Source: Candidatus Omnitrophota bacterium
GTDB lineage: Bacteria; Omnitrophota; Gorgyraeia; Tantalellales; Tantalellaceae
NCBI GenBank assembly: GCA_043823005.1
Contig: JBDRBG010000116.1
Coordinates: 3,989-67,988 of the forward strand
Direction: 5' to 3'
Length of the DNA stretch: 64,000 bases
The notes beneath the pieces were generated by a model, which worked only from the letters and a program-made list of their open reading frames with translations, made no database searches and was not told the DNA's origin. The stretch's first letter is position 1; every line of letters begins with the position of its first letter. Shown here piece after piece: positions 37,487-46,401 of the stretch. The position numbers were made by a program, and so were the translations under genes.

Positions 37487-38119
37487 ATGATAGAACTTAA
37501 TCTGCTTCCAAAAGAGTTTCGCAAAAAAAAACAGGCTTCCAATCAGTTGACTGAGATACCTGTAGTTGTCATATCCGCGTGTATAGTAGTTTTTGTTGTG
37601 TTGATTCATATTCTATTGGTTTTTTTTGACGCAAGGAACAATGCTGTCTTGAAAAAACTGGAGCAAAGATGGGATCAAATACAGCCTCAAAGTAAAGAAA
37701 CAGAAGAACTATCCAGAAATATTGTCTCTATTGAAAAAAAAGTTATTGCTATTCGGGAAATAGCAAAACCCGGTTTTAGTTGGGCGCGGGTATTAAGCGG
37801 GTTGAATGAGAGTATAATTGACGATATATGGCTTTCAGGATTTGATCTTAGTTTTTCAAGAGGAAAAGGATCAGCTCAGGACCTGCCAAGCGCAGTTAAT
37901 CTTACAGGGTACGCGTTTAGTGAAACGGAAAAAGCTACTTCCCGTGTCGCGAAATTTATTGCCAGTTTGAAAAACAATGAAGATTTTTCGCGATATTTTG
38001 AAGATATTGAAGTGCAGAACATAAGGAATACTGAATTTGCTAAGACCGAGGTTATGATATTCAGGTTGATTTGCCGGGTTAAATCAATAGATATTGTTTC
38101 GATTAAAGGTGAAAAATAA
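37487..38119 (+). CDS. pilN: Type IV pilus assembly protein PilN
   Basis: MIELNLLPKEF (INLLP motif), single TM, coiled coil. Confidence 0.75.
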   Translation: MIELNLLPKEFRKKKQASNQLTEIPVVVISACIVVFVVLIHILLVFFDARNNAVLKKLEQRWDQIQPQSKETEELSRNIVSIEKKVIAIREIAKPGFSWARVLSGLNESIIDDIWLSGFDLSFSRGKGSAQDLPSAVNLTGYAFSETEKATSRVAKFIASLKNNEDFSRYFEDIEVQNIRNTEFAKTEVMIFRLICRVKSIDIVSIKGEK

Positions 38120-38128
38120 AAAGTAAAA

Positions 38129-38719
38129 ATGATAGATATTAAAAATATAACTGTTGAACAGATTAAAGAGTTTTTAAAAGACGAGCAATACCGGAAATAT
38201 ATCATTTCCGGCGGAGTTGTACTTTTTTCCGTGGCTTATTTGGTCTTGCTGGTTGTTCCAAGGTTTTTAAATCTCGGAGACCTGGCTTCTCAAATAAAGG
38301 ATACACGCAATAAGGTTGAAATGCTTGAAACCAGAATAAACCGCAGCGATAAGATGAAGATAAAATTAGCTGAACTTGAGAAAGAACTTACAGATTCTTC
38401 CGAAGGATTATCCGAAGACACCGAGATTCCCGTATTTTTGGAGGAATTATCTTCTGTTGCCGAAATTGCCGGGGTAACAATTTTAAGTATTACGCCTCAG
38501 GAATCCAGAGCTGTTGATAAAAATAACGATATTTTTTACAGTGAAAGCTCGATAATTATAACGGCCAAAAGCGGATATCATCAGCTTCGGCATTTTGTAA
38601 GTAACATAGAAATAGCAAAAAGGTTTATTTCTATCGGAGATCTAAAGATACAATACAATGATAGAACTCCCAGAAAGCATGACATAAAAATGGTATTAAA
38701 AACTTATGTTTCAGAATAA
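38129..38719 (+). CDS. pilO: Type IV pilus assembly protein PilO
   Basis: Single TM plus coiled coil plus C-terminal ferredoxin-like region. Position between pilN and pilP. Confidence 0.65.
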   Translation: MIDIKNITVEQIKEFLKDEQYRKYIISGGVVLFSVAYLVLLVVPRFLNLGDLASQIKDTRNKVEMLETRINRSDKMKIKLAELEKELTDSSEGLSEDTEIPVFLEELSSVAEIAGVTILSITPQESRAVDKNNDIFYSESSIIITAKSGYHQLRHFVSNIEIAKRFISIGDLKIQYNDRTPRKHDIKMVLKTYVSE

Positions 38720-39101
38720 GGCAAATAAAAAGAAAAGAGACTGTTGTTTGTTTCCGCAGACAGCTGTAATATTAATTTTGTTGTTATTGTCAGCAAAGTT
38801 AGTCTGCGCGGAGGGAGATCAGCCTGTAGAGAAGAGAGATCCTTTTGTTCCGCTTGTTGGTGTAGCTCCGGAAAAAAGTCATGAAGAAACAGTAAGTGGT
38901 GAGGGAATTTTTATTTTGCCCGAAGAGATGAAGCTGCAGGGAATTGTGACCGGCGTTAACGGAGAATTCAACGCTTTTATCAACGGAGAGATAGTTAAAA
39001 AAGGCGATAAATTGGGAAATATTCTGATTGAGGATATTGCTAAAAATACAGTTGTTGTGAATGTTAATGATAAAAGGTATATTTTAAAATTGTATGAATG
39101 A
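38706..39101 (+). CDS. pilP: Type IV pilus assembly protein PilP
   Basis: Signal peptide then an RDPFVP motif characteristic of PilP. Immediately upstream of the secretin. Confidence 0.65.
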   Translation: MFQNKANKKKRDCCLFPQTAVILILLLLSAKLVCAEGDQPVEKRDPFVPLVGVAPEKSHEETVSGEGIFILPEEMKLQGIVTGVNGEFNAFINGEIVKKGDKLGNILIEDIAKNTVVVNVNDKRYILKLYE

Positions 39102-39120
39102 AAACAAGGAGATTATAAGA

Positions 39121-40863
39121 ATGAGAAATACTAGTAAAATACGGAAGCTGTTTATACTCGTTCTAATTATGGCATTTTTAAATTTATCTCTCAGCGTGTC
39201 AGCGTTTTGTCAGGTTGGAGGAGCTGTTTCTTCGCCTGAGATAAGCTCTTCAATAGTTACAGACCCTGTGGACGAGACTGTCGAGGAGATTATTCCTTCA
39301 AAATCCGGCAATGTCACTATAAATTTCAAAGATGTTGATATTCAGACAGTACTTCATTATTTGTCGGAAGTCAGCGGGGTAGATATTGTTCCTACTTATG
39401 ATGTAGTAGGTAATGTAACTGTTCGGTTGAGGGATAAACCCTGGGAAGTGGCTTTAGATGTTATTACAAGAAACTCGGATTATGCTTATACAAGAGAAGA
39501 TACTATTATCAGGGTAATGCCAAAGGCTAAGCTTAATACAGAAGAGCCTGTAACAGCGGTTATTCCTTTAAATTATATTATCCAGGATACAGAGGAGTCC
39601 AACCAGAACGTGGCAAAACTTCTGGAAGCAATTACTTCGGTGCTAAAAGTTGATGCAGGCGAAAGCGTGACTTATCTGCCGAGCGCTAACTCGATAGTCG
39701 TAGCCGCGGTACCGGCAAGGCTTAACGCGATAAAGGACATGGTGAAAAGGATAGATGTTAAAATACCTCAGGTCATGCTTGAGGCTAAAATAATAGAGGT
39801 GCGGTTAGATAAGAACGATCAGTTTGGGATTGACTGGAACGCGGTAGTAAGTATCTCCGGATCAAAGCGTCCGACAACACTGCCTTTTGAGCGGACGGGC
39901 GCGTTCGGGTTTTTACCCGGAGAACAGAGAAAGTATCTTCCGTATAGCACAAATATCGCCGGAACTACTATTTCGGAAGAATCGGATTTTCCTTATGTTG
40001 ATTTTACCGCGGCAGTTGATCCGACGGCCGTAGCTACCACAGGCTCGGTTTTTAGTTACGGAACCCTGGATTTTAGCGCTTTTTCAGCGGTACTCAGATT
40101 TATTGATGAATGGGATGATACTAATATTTTGTCAAGCCCGCGAATAACAACATTAAACAATCAGCCCGCGGTTATCAAGGTGATAACGAATGTTTTTCTT
40201 CAAAAACAGCAGACAGCAACTGATACAGCTTCTGTTGTTACCGTTGAATTTGAAGATGAACCCAGAGAAGTAGGAGTTATTTTAGAAGTAACGCCTCATG
40301 TTAATGATAACGGCGAGATAACCGTTAATCTAAAACCGCAGGTTTCCACCAATCTTACTTTTTCGGAACTGGAAGTAAGCGGCGCTACGAATACAGTGGC
40401 AATGACATACAATTCAAGAGAAGCCGAGACGCAGGTAATGGTAAGAGACGGTGAAACCGTTTTTATCGGAGGGCTTATAACGGAGACAAACACAAAAGAA
40501 GATCATAAGTTTCCTATTCTCGGAGATATGACCAAAGGTTTGCCGTTTTTGGGCCCTTTGTTTAATTATGAGCAGGATAATGTCGATAAGACTGAAGTGG
40601 TGTTTTTTATTACGGTTCATCTTTTGAAAGATGGACCGCATTCAGTCGATGTTTCAAATACAGAAGACGAATACGCGAAGTATTTTGAAGAGGAAATAAA
40701 CGAAGCTGAAATTGAAGCAGATAAAGCTGCAGTAAGATCCGAAGAACGAAATAAAACTAAAACAAAAGTTATTGTAAGTAAAGACCAGGCAAAAGAAGGG
40801 TATAAAGCTTTTCTTGATTTCAGGAAAAAACAGGGAGTTAAAAAGACGAAAGATAGAAGATGA
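39121..40863 (+). CDS. pilQ: Type IV pilus secretin PilQ
   Basis: Signal peptide, STN/N0-like domain (VTINFKDVDIQTVLHYLSEV), C-terminal secretin motif FPILGDMTKGLPFLGPLF. ATG 39121 has AAGGAG 8 nt upstream. Confidence 0.85.
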   Translation: MRNTSKIRKLFILVLIMAFLNLSLSVSAFCQVGGAVSSPEISSSIVTDPVDETVEEIIPSKSGNVTINFKDVDIQTVLHYLSEVSGVDIVPTYDVVGNVTVRLRDKPWEVALDVITRNSDYAYTREDTIIRVMPKAKLNTEEPVTAVIPLNYIIQDTEESNQNVAKLLEAITSVLKVDAGESVTYLPSANSIVVAAVPARLNAIKDMVKRIDVKIPQVMLEAKIIEVRLDKNDQFGIDWNAVVSISGSKRPTTLPFERTGAFGFLPGEQRKYLPYSTNIAGTTISEESDFPYVDFTAAVDPTAVATTGSVFSYGTLDFSAFSAVLRFIDEWDDTNILSSPRITTLNNQPAVIKVITNVFLQKQQTATDTASVVTVEFEDEPREVGVILEVTPHVNDNGEITVNLKPQVSTNLTFSELEVSGATNTVAMTYNSREAETQVMVRDGETVFIGGLITETNTKEDHKFPILGDMTKGLPFLGPLFNYEQDNVDKTEVVFFITVHLLKDGPHSVDVSNTEDEYAKYFEEEINEAEIEADKAAVRSEERNKTKTKVIVSKDQAKEGYKAFLDFRKKQGVKKTKDRR

Positions 40864-40920
40864 ATTGATGAGAAGAAAAAAATAAACCACAGAGATACGG
40901 AGAGAAAAAAGGAAAAGAGT

Positions 40921-40989
40921 AAAAAGAGATTGACATTTTTTGTGAATAACGAAAAATGATCCTGGAAATGCGACGAATAGGAGCATTGG
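40921..40989. repeat. Right copy (inverted) of the ~70-bp repeat pair bracketing the pilus locus
   Basis: AAAAAGAGATTGACATTTTTTGTGAATAACGAAAAATGATCCTGGAAATGCGACGAATAGGAGCATTGG is the reverse complement of the 24236-24305 element. Confidence 0.8.
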
Positions 40990-41137
40990 GATGGTCATGC
41001 TTCTCGCATGGCTCGAAGCTCGCAAAGACAAACTTTCGTCATTGCGAGGAGCGTAAGCGGCGCGGCAATCTCGAAAAAAATGTATATAGACCTGTTGTAC
41101 ACGATGTACGACATTTTATACACGATATACGATAAAT

Positions 41138-41437
41138 ATGATAAGATACAACGCAATGTTTGAAAAAAAAGGTGATATAAGATATATTTCGCATCTTGAT
41201 CTAATGACAGTGTTACGCAGGGCTATTCGAAGATCCGGGCTTCCATTTGTGACTACAGCGGGGTTTACTCCCAGAGTTAAGATAAGTATTCCAATGGCAT
41301 TAAAACTAGGCAAAGAAAGTGTTGATGAACAGATGTCTTTTTGGCTGATGGAAAAGGTAGAGTTGGATAAGGCTGTTAAGGCAATAAATAATAATTTGCC
41401 TAAAGGAGTTAAAATATTAAAAGTGAATGGGAGTTAG
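41138..41437 (+). CDS. DUF2344 (radical SAM-linked, TIGR03936-like) protein, possibly 3'-truncated
   Basis: RYISHLDLMTVLRRAIRRSGLPFVTTAGFTPRVKISIPMAL... matches the family's N-terminal half. It is only 99 aa and the stop abuts a ~250 bp repeat element. Confidence 0.6.
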   Translation: MIRYNAMFEKKGDIRYISHLDLMTVLRRAIRRSGLPFVTTAGFTPRVKISIPMALKLGKESVDEQMSFWLMEKVELDKAVKAINNNLPKGVKILKVNGS

Positions 41438-41439
41438 TG

Positions 41440-41700
41440 AATAGTGTCATTTGTTCCGTCCTGAAAAAGGTAGGATGAGAGTTGCAAGGTATTTTGCTGG
41501 AAGGGCAAGCATTCCGTGCTCAAACAATTTGCCCTCACTTGGTTCGGGCAAAAACTGCGCTCAGAACGCTCGCCCTTCCAGCAAAATAGCGGTTGGTGAA
41601 TAGGAAAAGGGGAAAATATCCCATCTGTCTTTGCGAGGAGGAACGAAGTGACGACGCGGCAATCTCGGATAAAAAAAGATAAAAAAAGTGACAACTGTTT
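41440..41700 (+). repeat. ~250-bp composite repeat R3, copy 1 (long conserved hairpin plus R1 unit plus TAGGACGATACAAG tail)
   Basis: Colinear with 59757-60010 at about 90% identity. Core hairpin CTGGAAGGGCAAGCATTCCGTGCTCAAACAATTTGCCCTCACTTGGTTCGGGCAAAAACTGCGCTCAGAACGCTCGCCCTTCCAG. Confidence 0.8.
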
Positions 41701-41732
41701 TAGGACGATACAAGCGGCAGAGTTGTTAGTAG

Positions 41733-41752
41733 GGGCGAAAAATTTTTCGCCC
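41733..41752 (+). promoter_or_regulatory. Perfect 20-nt palindrome/hairpin in the rne leader
   Basis: GGGCGAAAAATTTTTCGCCC. A second imperfect hairpin, GGGCAGACCGTATGTCCGCCC, lies ~20 nt downstream and 60-90 nt upstream of the rne ATG. Confidence 0.4.
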
Positions 41753-41820
41753 TGATAAAAATAAAAGATGTAAGGGCAGACCGTATGTCCGCCCGAAAAA
41801 GTATAAACTAAAGGAATGTA

Positions 41821-43365
41821 ATGGAACGTAAAAACATAAAGCGAGAGAAACAGGAAAAACAGGGAAAAGAAATATTGATGAATATAGGCCCTGTTGAGAA
41901 TAGGGTTGCTGTTTTGGATAACGGTGAATTAGCTGATTTTTTTATGGAACGGGAAAGCGGCGAACATTATGCCGGTACAATTTATAAAGGGCGTGTTGAT
42001 TCTATTGTTCCCGGAATAGAGGCCGCGTTTGTTAATATCGGGATGGAGAAAAATGGTTTTTTGCATGTGAGTGATGTTCTCGATAAAGGGGCAGTACTTA
42101 AGGCTATGCTTGGTGAAGACGCGGCGTCTTTTAAACCGGCAAAAAAAGAAAAAGTTCCTCAGATAAAGGATATTTTGCGGGTTGGCCAGGAAATTATGGT
42201 TCAGGTTGTAAAAGAAGCCATAGGCACTAAAGGGCCAAGGATTACCACTTACATAAGCATACCGGGGAGATTTTTAGTGCTTACTCCATATGATAAAGGG
42301 ATAGGAATATCACGGCGCATAAATGACAGGGTAGAAAGAAAAAGGATACGCGAGATTATTGATGGTATGGGGCTTTTAGGAAAGGTCGGATGTATAGTAC
42401 GTACTGTGGCTCAAAACAGTTCAGAAGAGGAGTTTCGGCGGGAACTTAAATATCTGATGAAGCTCTGGGAAAGGATAAAAGAACGGAGTGAAAAGGAAAA
42501 AGCTCCGGTTGCTGTATATGAAGAATACGGCCTTATTTTACGTTTAATCAGAGATGTGTTTAGCGAAGATATGGCGCGGCTTATTGTTGATTCTAAAGAT
42601 GAATATAACCGCATATCAAAATTTTTAAAATCATTTATGCCGTCTTTAATATCAAAAATAAAGCTGTATAACGGGCATATGTCTTTATTTCAAAAATATA
42701 ATCTGGAAAAAAAGATAGAAGAAATATTTGAAAGAAAGGTTATGTTGAAAAGCGGAGGATATCTTGTGATCGAGCCTACAGAAGGCGTTGTTGTAATAGA
42801 TATTAATACAGGGAGTTTTGTCGGGAAAAGAAGCCTTGAGGAGACGGCTTTTAAGACAAATATGGAGGCGGCCGAAGAGATACCGCGTCAACTGATTTTA
42901 AGAGATATGGGAGGTATTATTATAATAGATTTTATCGATATGGAGGTCAGGGATCATAGGGATAAAATATATAATCGGCTTCAGCAAAGACTTAAAGGTG
43001 ATAAAGCGCGTATAAGCCTGCGCGCGATGTCGCAATTCGGGGTGGTAGAGATGACACGTCAAAGAATGCGCAAAAGCCTTGAAGGCGCTTCATATGGAGA
43101 CTGTCCGTATTGCGGTGGAAAGGGTAAAATAAAAAATGTTGAGACAATAGCGATTGAAACCGCGCGCAGGATAGACCGGATGCTTTCGAATAGGGATAAG
43201 AAACGGCGGCAGATAAATATATCCGCGCATCCTAAGGTTTTAGAAACGCTTGTTTCTGATCAGGCGCGTATCTTGAGCGGTATTCAGCGGAAATATAGAT
43301 GTAAGATAGATCTTAAAGAAGATAAATCGCTTCATATCGAGGATGTTATTATTGACGATATTTAG
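41821..43365 (+). CDS. rng: Ribonuclease E/G family endoribonuclease
   Basis: S1 domain (YAGTIYKGRVDSIVPGIEAAFVNIG), RNase E/G catalytic core, Zn-link CPYC, 514 aa (RNase G-sized). Confidence 0.85.
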   Translation: MERKNIKREKQEKQGKEILMNIGPVENRVAVLDNGELADFFMERESGEHYAGTIYKGRVDSIVPGIEAAFVNIGMEKNGFLHVSDVLDKGAVLKAMLGEDAASFKPAKKEKVPQIKDILRVGQEIMVQVVKEAIGTKGPRITTYISIPGRFLVLTPYDKGIGISRRINDRVERKRIREIIDGMGLLGKVGCIVRTVAQNSSEEEFRRELKYLMKLWERIKERSEKEKAPVAVYEEYGLILRLIRDVFSEDMARLIVDSKDEYNRISKFLKSFMPSLISKIKLYNGHMSLFQKYNLEKKIEEIFERKVMLKSGGYLVIEPTEGVVVIDINTGSFVGKRSLEETAFKTNMEAAEEIPRQLILRDMGGIIIIDFIDMEVRDHRDKIYNRLQQRLKGDKARISLRAMSQFGVVEMTRQRMRKSLEGASYGDCPYCGGKGKIKNVETIAIETARRIDRMLSNRDKKRRQINISAHPKVLETLVSDQARILSGIQRKYRCKIDLKEDKSLHIEDVIIDDI

Positions 43366-43373
43366 GAGGAGGT

Positions 43374-43853
43374 ATGAAAATTATTTTCAACAATAAAGGT
43401 ATAAGTTTTATCGAAGTCATGGTTTCTGCCGTCCTGGTAGCGTTAGGAACAACAGCTTTAATATCCGCGGTTATGCAGAGCTCTGTTTTTTCGAAAAACG
43501 TGGATACAGCTTATACGTCATCCTATATAGCGGAAAGGCGATTAGAAGTGCTTAGAAGTATTGATTTTGATCTTTTATCAGAAACCGCTGAAACAGAAGC
43601 GCGCGTAGCCGCTGACGGTACAATTGATTCAGCGGGTGAATATTTTAGAACAACGGGTATAGAAACAGGGTATGACAGTAATGTACATCTTGTTAGAGCA
43701 AAGATAACAGTAAAAAGGGTCAAAACAGGTATGGATGGCAGCCTTCTTAAAGGGGCTGGCGGCCAGCTAGAGCTTGCCGCTCAGCCGGTAATAATGGAAA
43801 CATTATTTTCAGATGTTGATCACAATGCGGGATCAGGAATAGTTGAAGAATAG
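43374..43853 (+). CDS. Minor pilin/pseudopilin (PilV-like), cassette 1
   Basis: MKIIFNNKG then ISFIEVMVSAVLVALGTTALI prepilin-type N-methylation site. 159 aa. GGAGGAGG SD. Starts 8 nt after rne. Confidence 0.75.
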   Translation: MKIIFNNKGISFIEVMVSAVLVALGTTALISAVMQSSVFSKNVDTAYTSSYIAERRLEVLRSIDFDLLSETAETEARVAADGTIDSAGEYFRTTGIETGYDSNVHLVRAKITVKRVKTGMDGSLLKGAGGQLELAAQPVIMETLFSDVDHNAGSGIVEE

Positions 43854-43969
43854 GCTTCGCAATGTCTTTGCGCGTACACGCAACTGACTAGTACCCTGAC
43901 AACGTTAAAATGAAGAATAATTTTGTCAGTTATCTTACTCTGTCATTCTCGCGAACAGACTGTATTATA

Positions 43970-44110
43970 ACGTCTTTGAGAGCCCATGAAATGGGCGAAG
44001 CAATCTCAAATAGCAATAAAAATATAAACTTTATGGGTAATCCCTATTATTATCGAGATTGCCGCGGTCGCTCTTGCTCCCTCGCAAAGACGAAATTTGA
44101 ATTAAGATAC
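43970..44110. repeat. R1 palindromic element (paralog of 26069-26215)
   Basis: Same sequence with a few substitutions. Creates the spurious ORF 43910..44134. Confidence 0.8.
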
Positions 44111-44214
44111 AGCCTAGAAAACGGGAATCTATAGAATGGTACTTTTCATTTTTAGATTGTCGAGGTGCTAGTGTCATGGCAGCAGTAAACAAAGAAAACG
44201 AATCAGGGGTAGTA

Positions 44215-46401
44215 ATGAATAAAAAAAAGATATTCGCGAACATTAAAGGCTTCAGCCTTATGGAAGTAATGTTTGTGGCTGTTGTTTCTTTAATGGTAAT
44301 AGGCGCTATAGTTTCTGTGTGGACATATACATATAAAACATGGACCGGGGAGAATGTTCATACGCAATTAAGGGTTCAGATAATGGAAGCTTTAGAAACC
44401 ATAAAACGGGATATGCGTCTTTCCAGCGCTACTTATATGTCATTTTATCCTGAAAATAGTGATGTATATACCGCGGCAAGTCTTCCTGTAGCTGAAACTG
44501 ACGCGAATGGACTGCTTACTCTTGATAGTAATGGGAAAATAAGCTGGGCTAAGACTGTTATATATCATCTTTATTCCGAAAGCGACGGTACTCAAACTTT
44601 GCGCAGGACTGTTTATGATCCGCGGGACAATACAATGACAGAGGATGAACGGTATTCGCAGTTAGGAAGTGTTGTAACCGGAGGTACAGGCGGGAGTTCT
44701 TCGACTACGGATACGGAGTTTTTGAAAAACGTGGATGTTTTTGAAATATCCTCATCAGCCGCTATGATAGATTTTTATGATGATTCTAGTACTCCTGTTC
44801 GTGTGGGGAAGGTTATTTTAGGATGGGTTCAGCTTGATTCAGGAAACCATACTGTACGGATGGAAGTAACCGGTAAAAATGACAATTCTACCGGATATGA
44901 TTTTGGAATAGACAGTCTGATCTTAGACCCGGGCGCGAGTGTCCGCGAGTTTGAATATTATGATTCTTCGTATGCTCCGGGCGGTATGTTGTCGCTTAGC
45001 GGCGGATCAGTAAGTTTGCAAAACAGTTCAGTCTGGGGAAATAATAATTATCTCGAATTCATCGCCGGAGGTGAAGGGTCATACATGCAAGTAACTGATG
45101 CTTATGACCTTTGGAGAGAGTCATCTTTTGAGAGTGTTGCTCTTGATAATACAGGAACAACAGGCGATGAAATGCGTATTGAACTGGATATTCCGGAAGA
45201 AGACGAAGAAGGTTTGATTTCTTGGTTTGTTCATGCCGAGGCCAATGATCTTGAAGCAGCAGGCAGAGACGGTGCTTTTCCGGCTGTTGAGCCTTTGACC
45301 ATACGCACTATTGTTACTGCTGATAATGTTGGAAAGGAAGGTGCTTTGGTACAAGTTAAATTTTCATCTTCCGTAAATAATGATCTGGTAATAGCTAATG
45401 CTTATATAACAAAACGGGACGGGATAACCGGGTCCAACGGTTTGGCAAACCAGGCTCCGGGGAGTTTAACTGTTGAGGAATATCATCGGCATCAACAGCT
45501 TTTTTTTAAAGCCGCTGATGGTACTATTAATTCCGGGATTACAATAAGCGCTGATTCTTTTGTTTGGAGCGAATGGACGGCTTTTCCTTTAAGAACAGAC
45601 AGTGATTATTTTATAACTTTTCATGTCTCGGATATTTCCACTGTTGACTGCAGATATTGGGAAGATTCTGTCGGGACTGTGCACACATATTATGTGACAG
45701 GAAGTACTTCTGATCTGGCAGGCACTCCTGATTGGACAGCAGAAACCGTAAATCCTTCGGCTAATATTTTTGTTACATCAGCGATATCAGTCGCAGATAC
45801 CGAAGGTACTGTTGAATCCCAGGCATTTGATACGACTCTTTCCGCTCCTAATTATAATAAGATCAAATGGTCGGAAAACAAACCTCTAGGTACAACTATT
45901 TTTTTTAAGACAAGATCATCAGCGGATCAATACATGACAGGAGCTACGGATTGGGATCTTATTGCCGGTTCAAGTTCTAATCCGCATTCGTTAGCTATGG
46001 GCAGCGGACGATATGTTCAATTCTTAGCGGAACTTTCTACTGAGCTTTTTTGGAAAAGCGCGGCCAGTCAGTTAAGTTATGCTGATTATATAGAAGCACA
46101 GGTTGATTTTCCTTCGGACGATCAATTTCCCAGAGACAGTACGGGCGACTTTTTAGTAACTGATTATAATGTTCCATGGATAGACGATGTAGAGATCGAT
46201 TGGCCCGGATTAAACAGGATGGCCGCTATTGAGGCTTATATTGCTAAAAAAGACAGTTATGGACAGGCAAAAGTTACTGTTGACGGGAAAGACCTTGTTA
46301 AAACCCTTAGTGTTCATATAAACGTATCAGATGAAGTAAGCGGCAGGACATTGGAAGAAGATCATTGTTTGGAAATAGAACCAAGGAATACAGGAAAATG
46401 A
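44215..46401 (+). CDS. Large (~730 aa) prepilin-leader protein (PilW-like N-terminus plus large beta-rich C-terminal region), cassette 1
   Basis: Leader MNKKKIFANIKG then FSLMEVMFVAVVSLMVIGAIV (Glu+5). The rest has no recognisable domain. Roughly 55-60% identical to the 48569..50758 paralog. Confidence 0.7.
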   Translation: MNKKKIFANIKGFSLMEVMFVAVVSLMVIGAIVSVWTYTYKTWTGENVHTQLRVQIMEALETIKRDMRLSSATYMSFYPENSDVYTAASLPVAETDANGLLTLDSNGKISWAKTVIYHLYSESDGTQTLRRTVYDPRDNTMTEDERYSQLGSVVTGGTGGSSSTTDTEFLKNVDVFEISSSAAMIDFYDDSSTPVRVGKVILGWVQLDSGNHTVRMEVTGKNDNSTGYDFGIDSLILDPGASVREFEYYDSSYAPGGMLSLSGGSVSLQNSSVWGNNNYLEFIAGGEGSYMQVTDAYDLWRESSFESVALDNTGTTGDEMRIELDIPEEDEEGLISWFVHAEANDLEAAGRDGAFPAVEPLTIRTIVTADNVGKEGALVQVKFSSSVNNDLVIANAYITKRDGITGSNGLANQAPGSLTVEEYHRHQQLFFKAADGTINSGITISADSFVWSEWTAFPLRTDSDYFITFHVSDISTVDCRYWEDSVGTVHTYYVTGSTSDLAGTPDWTAETVNPSANIFVTSAISVADTEGTVESQAFDTTLSAPNYNKIKWSENKPLGTTIFFKTRSSADQYMTGATDWDLIAGSSSNPHSLAMGSGRYVQFLAELSTELFWKSAASQLSYADYIEAQVDFPSDDQFPRDSTGDFLVTDYNVPWIDDVEIDWPGLNRMAAIEAYIAKKDSYGQAKVTVDGKDLVKTLSVHINVSDEVSGRTLEEDHCLEIEPRNTGK

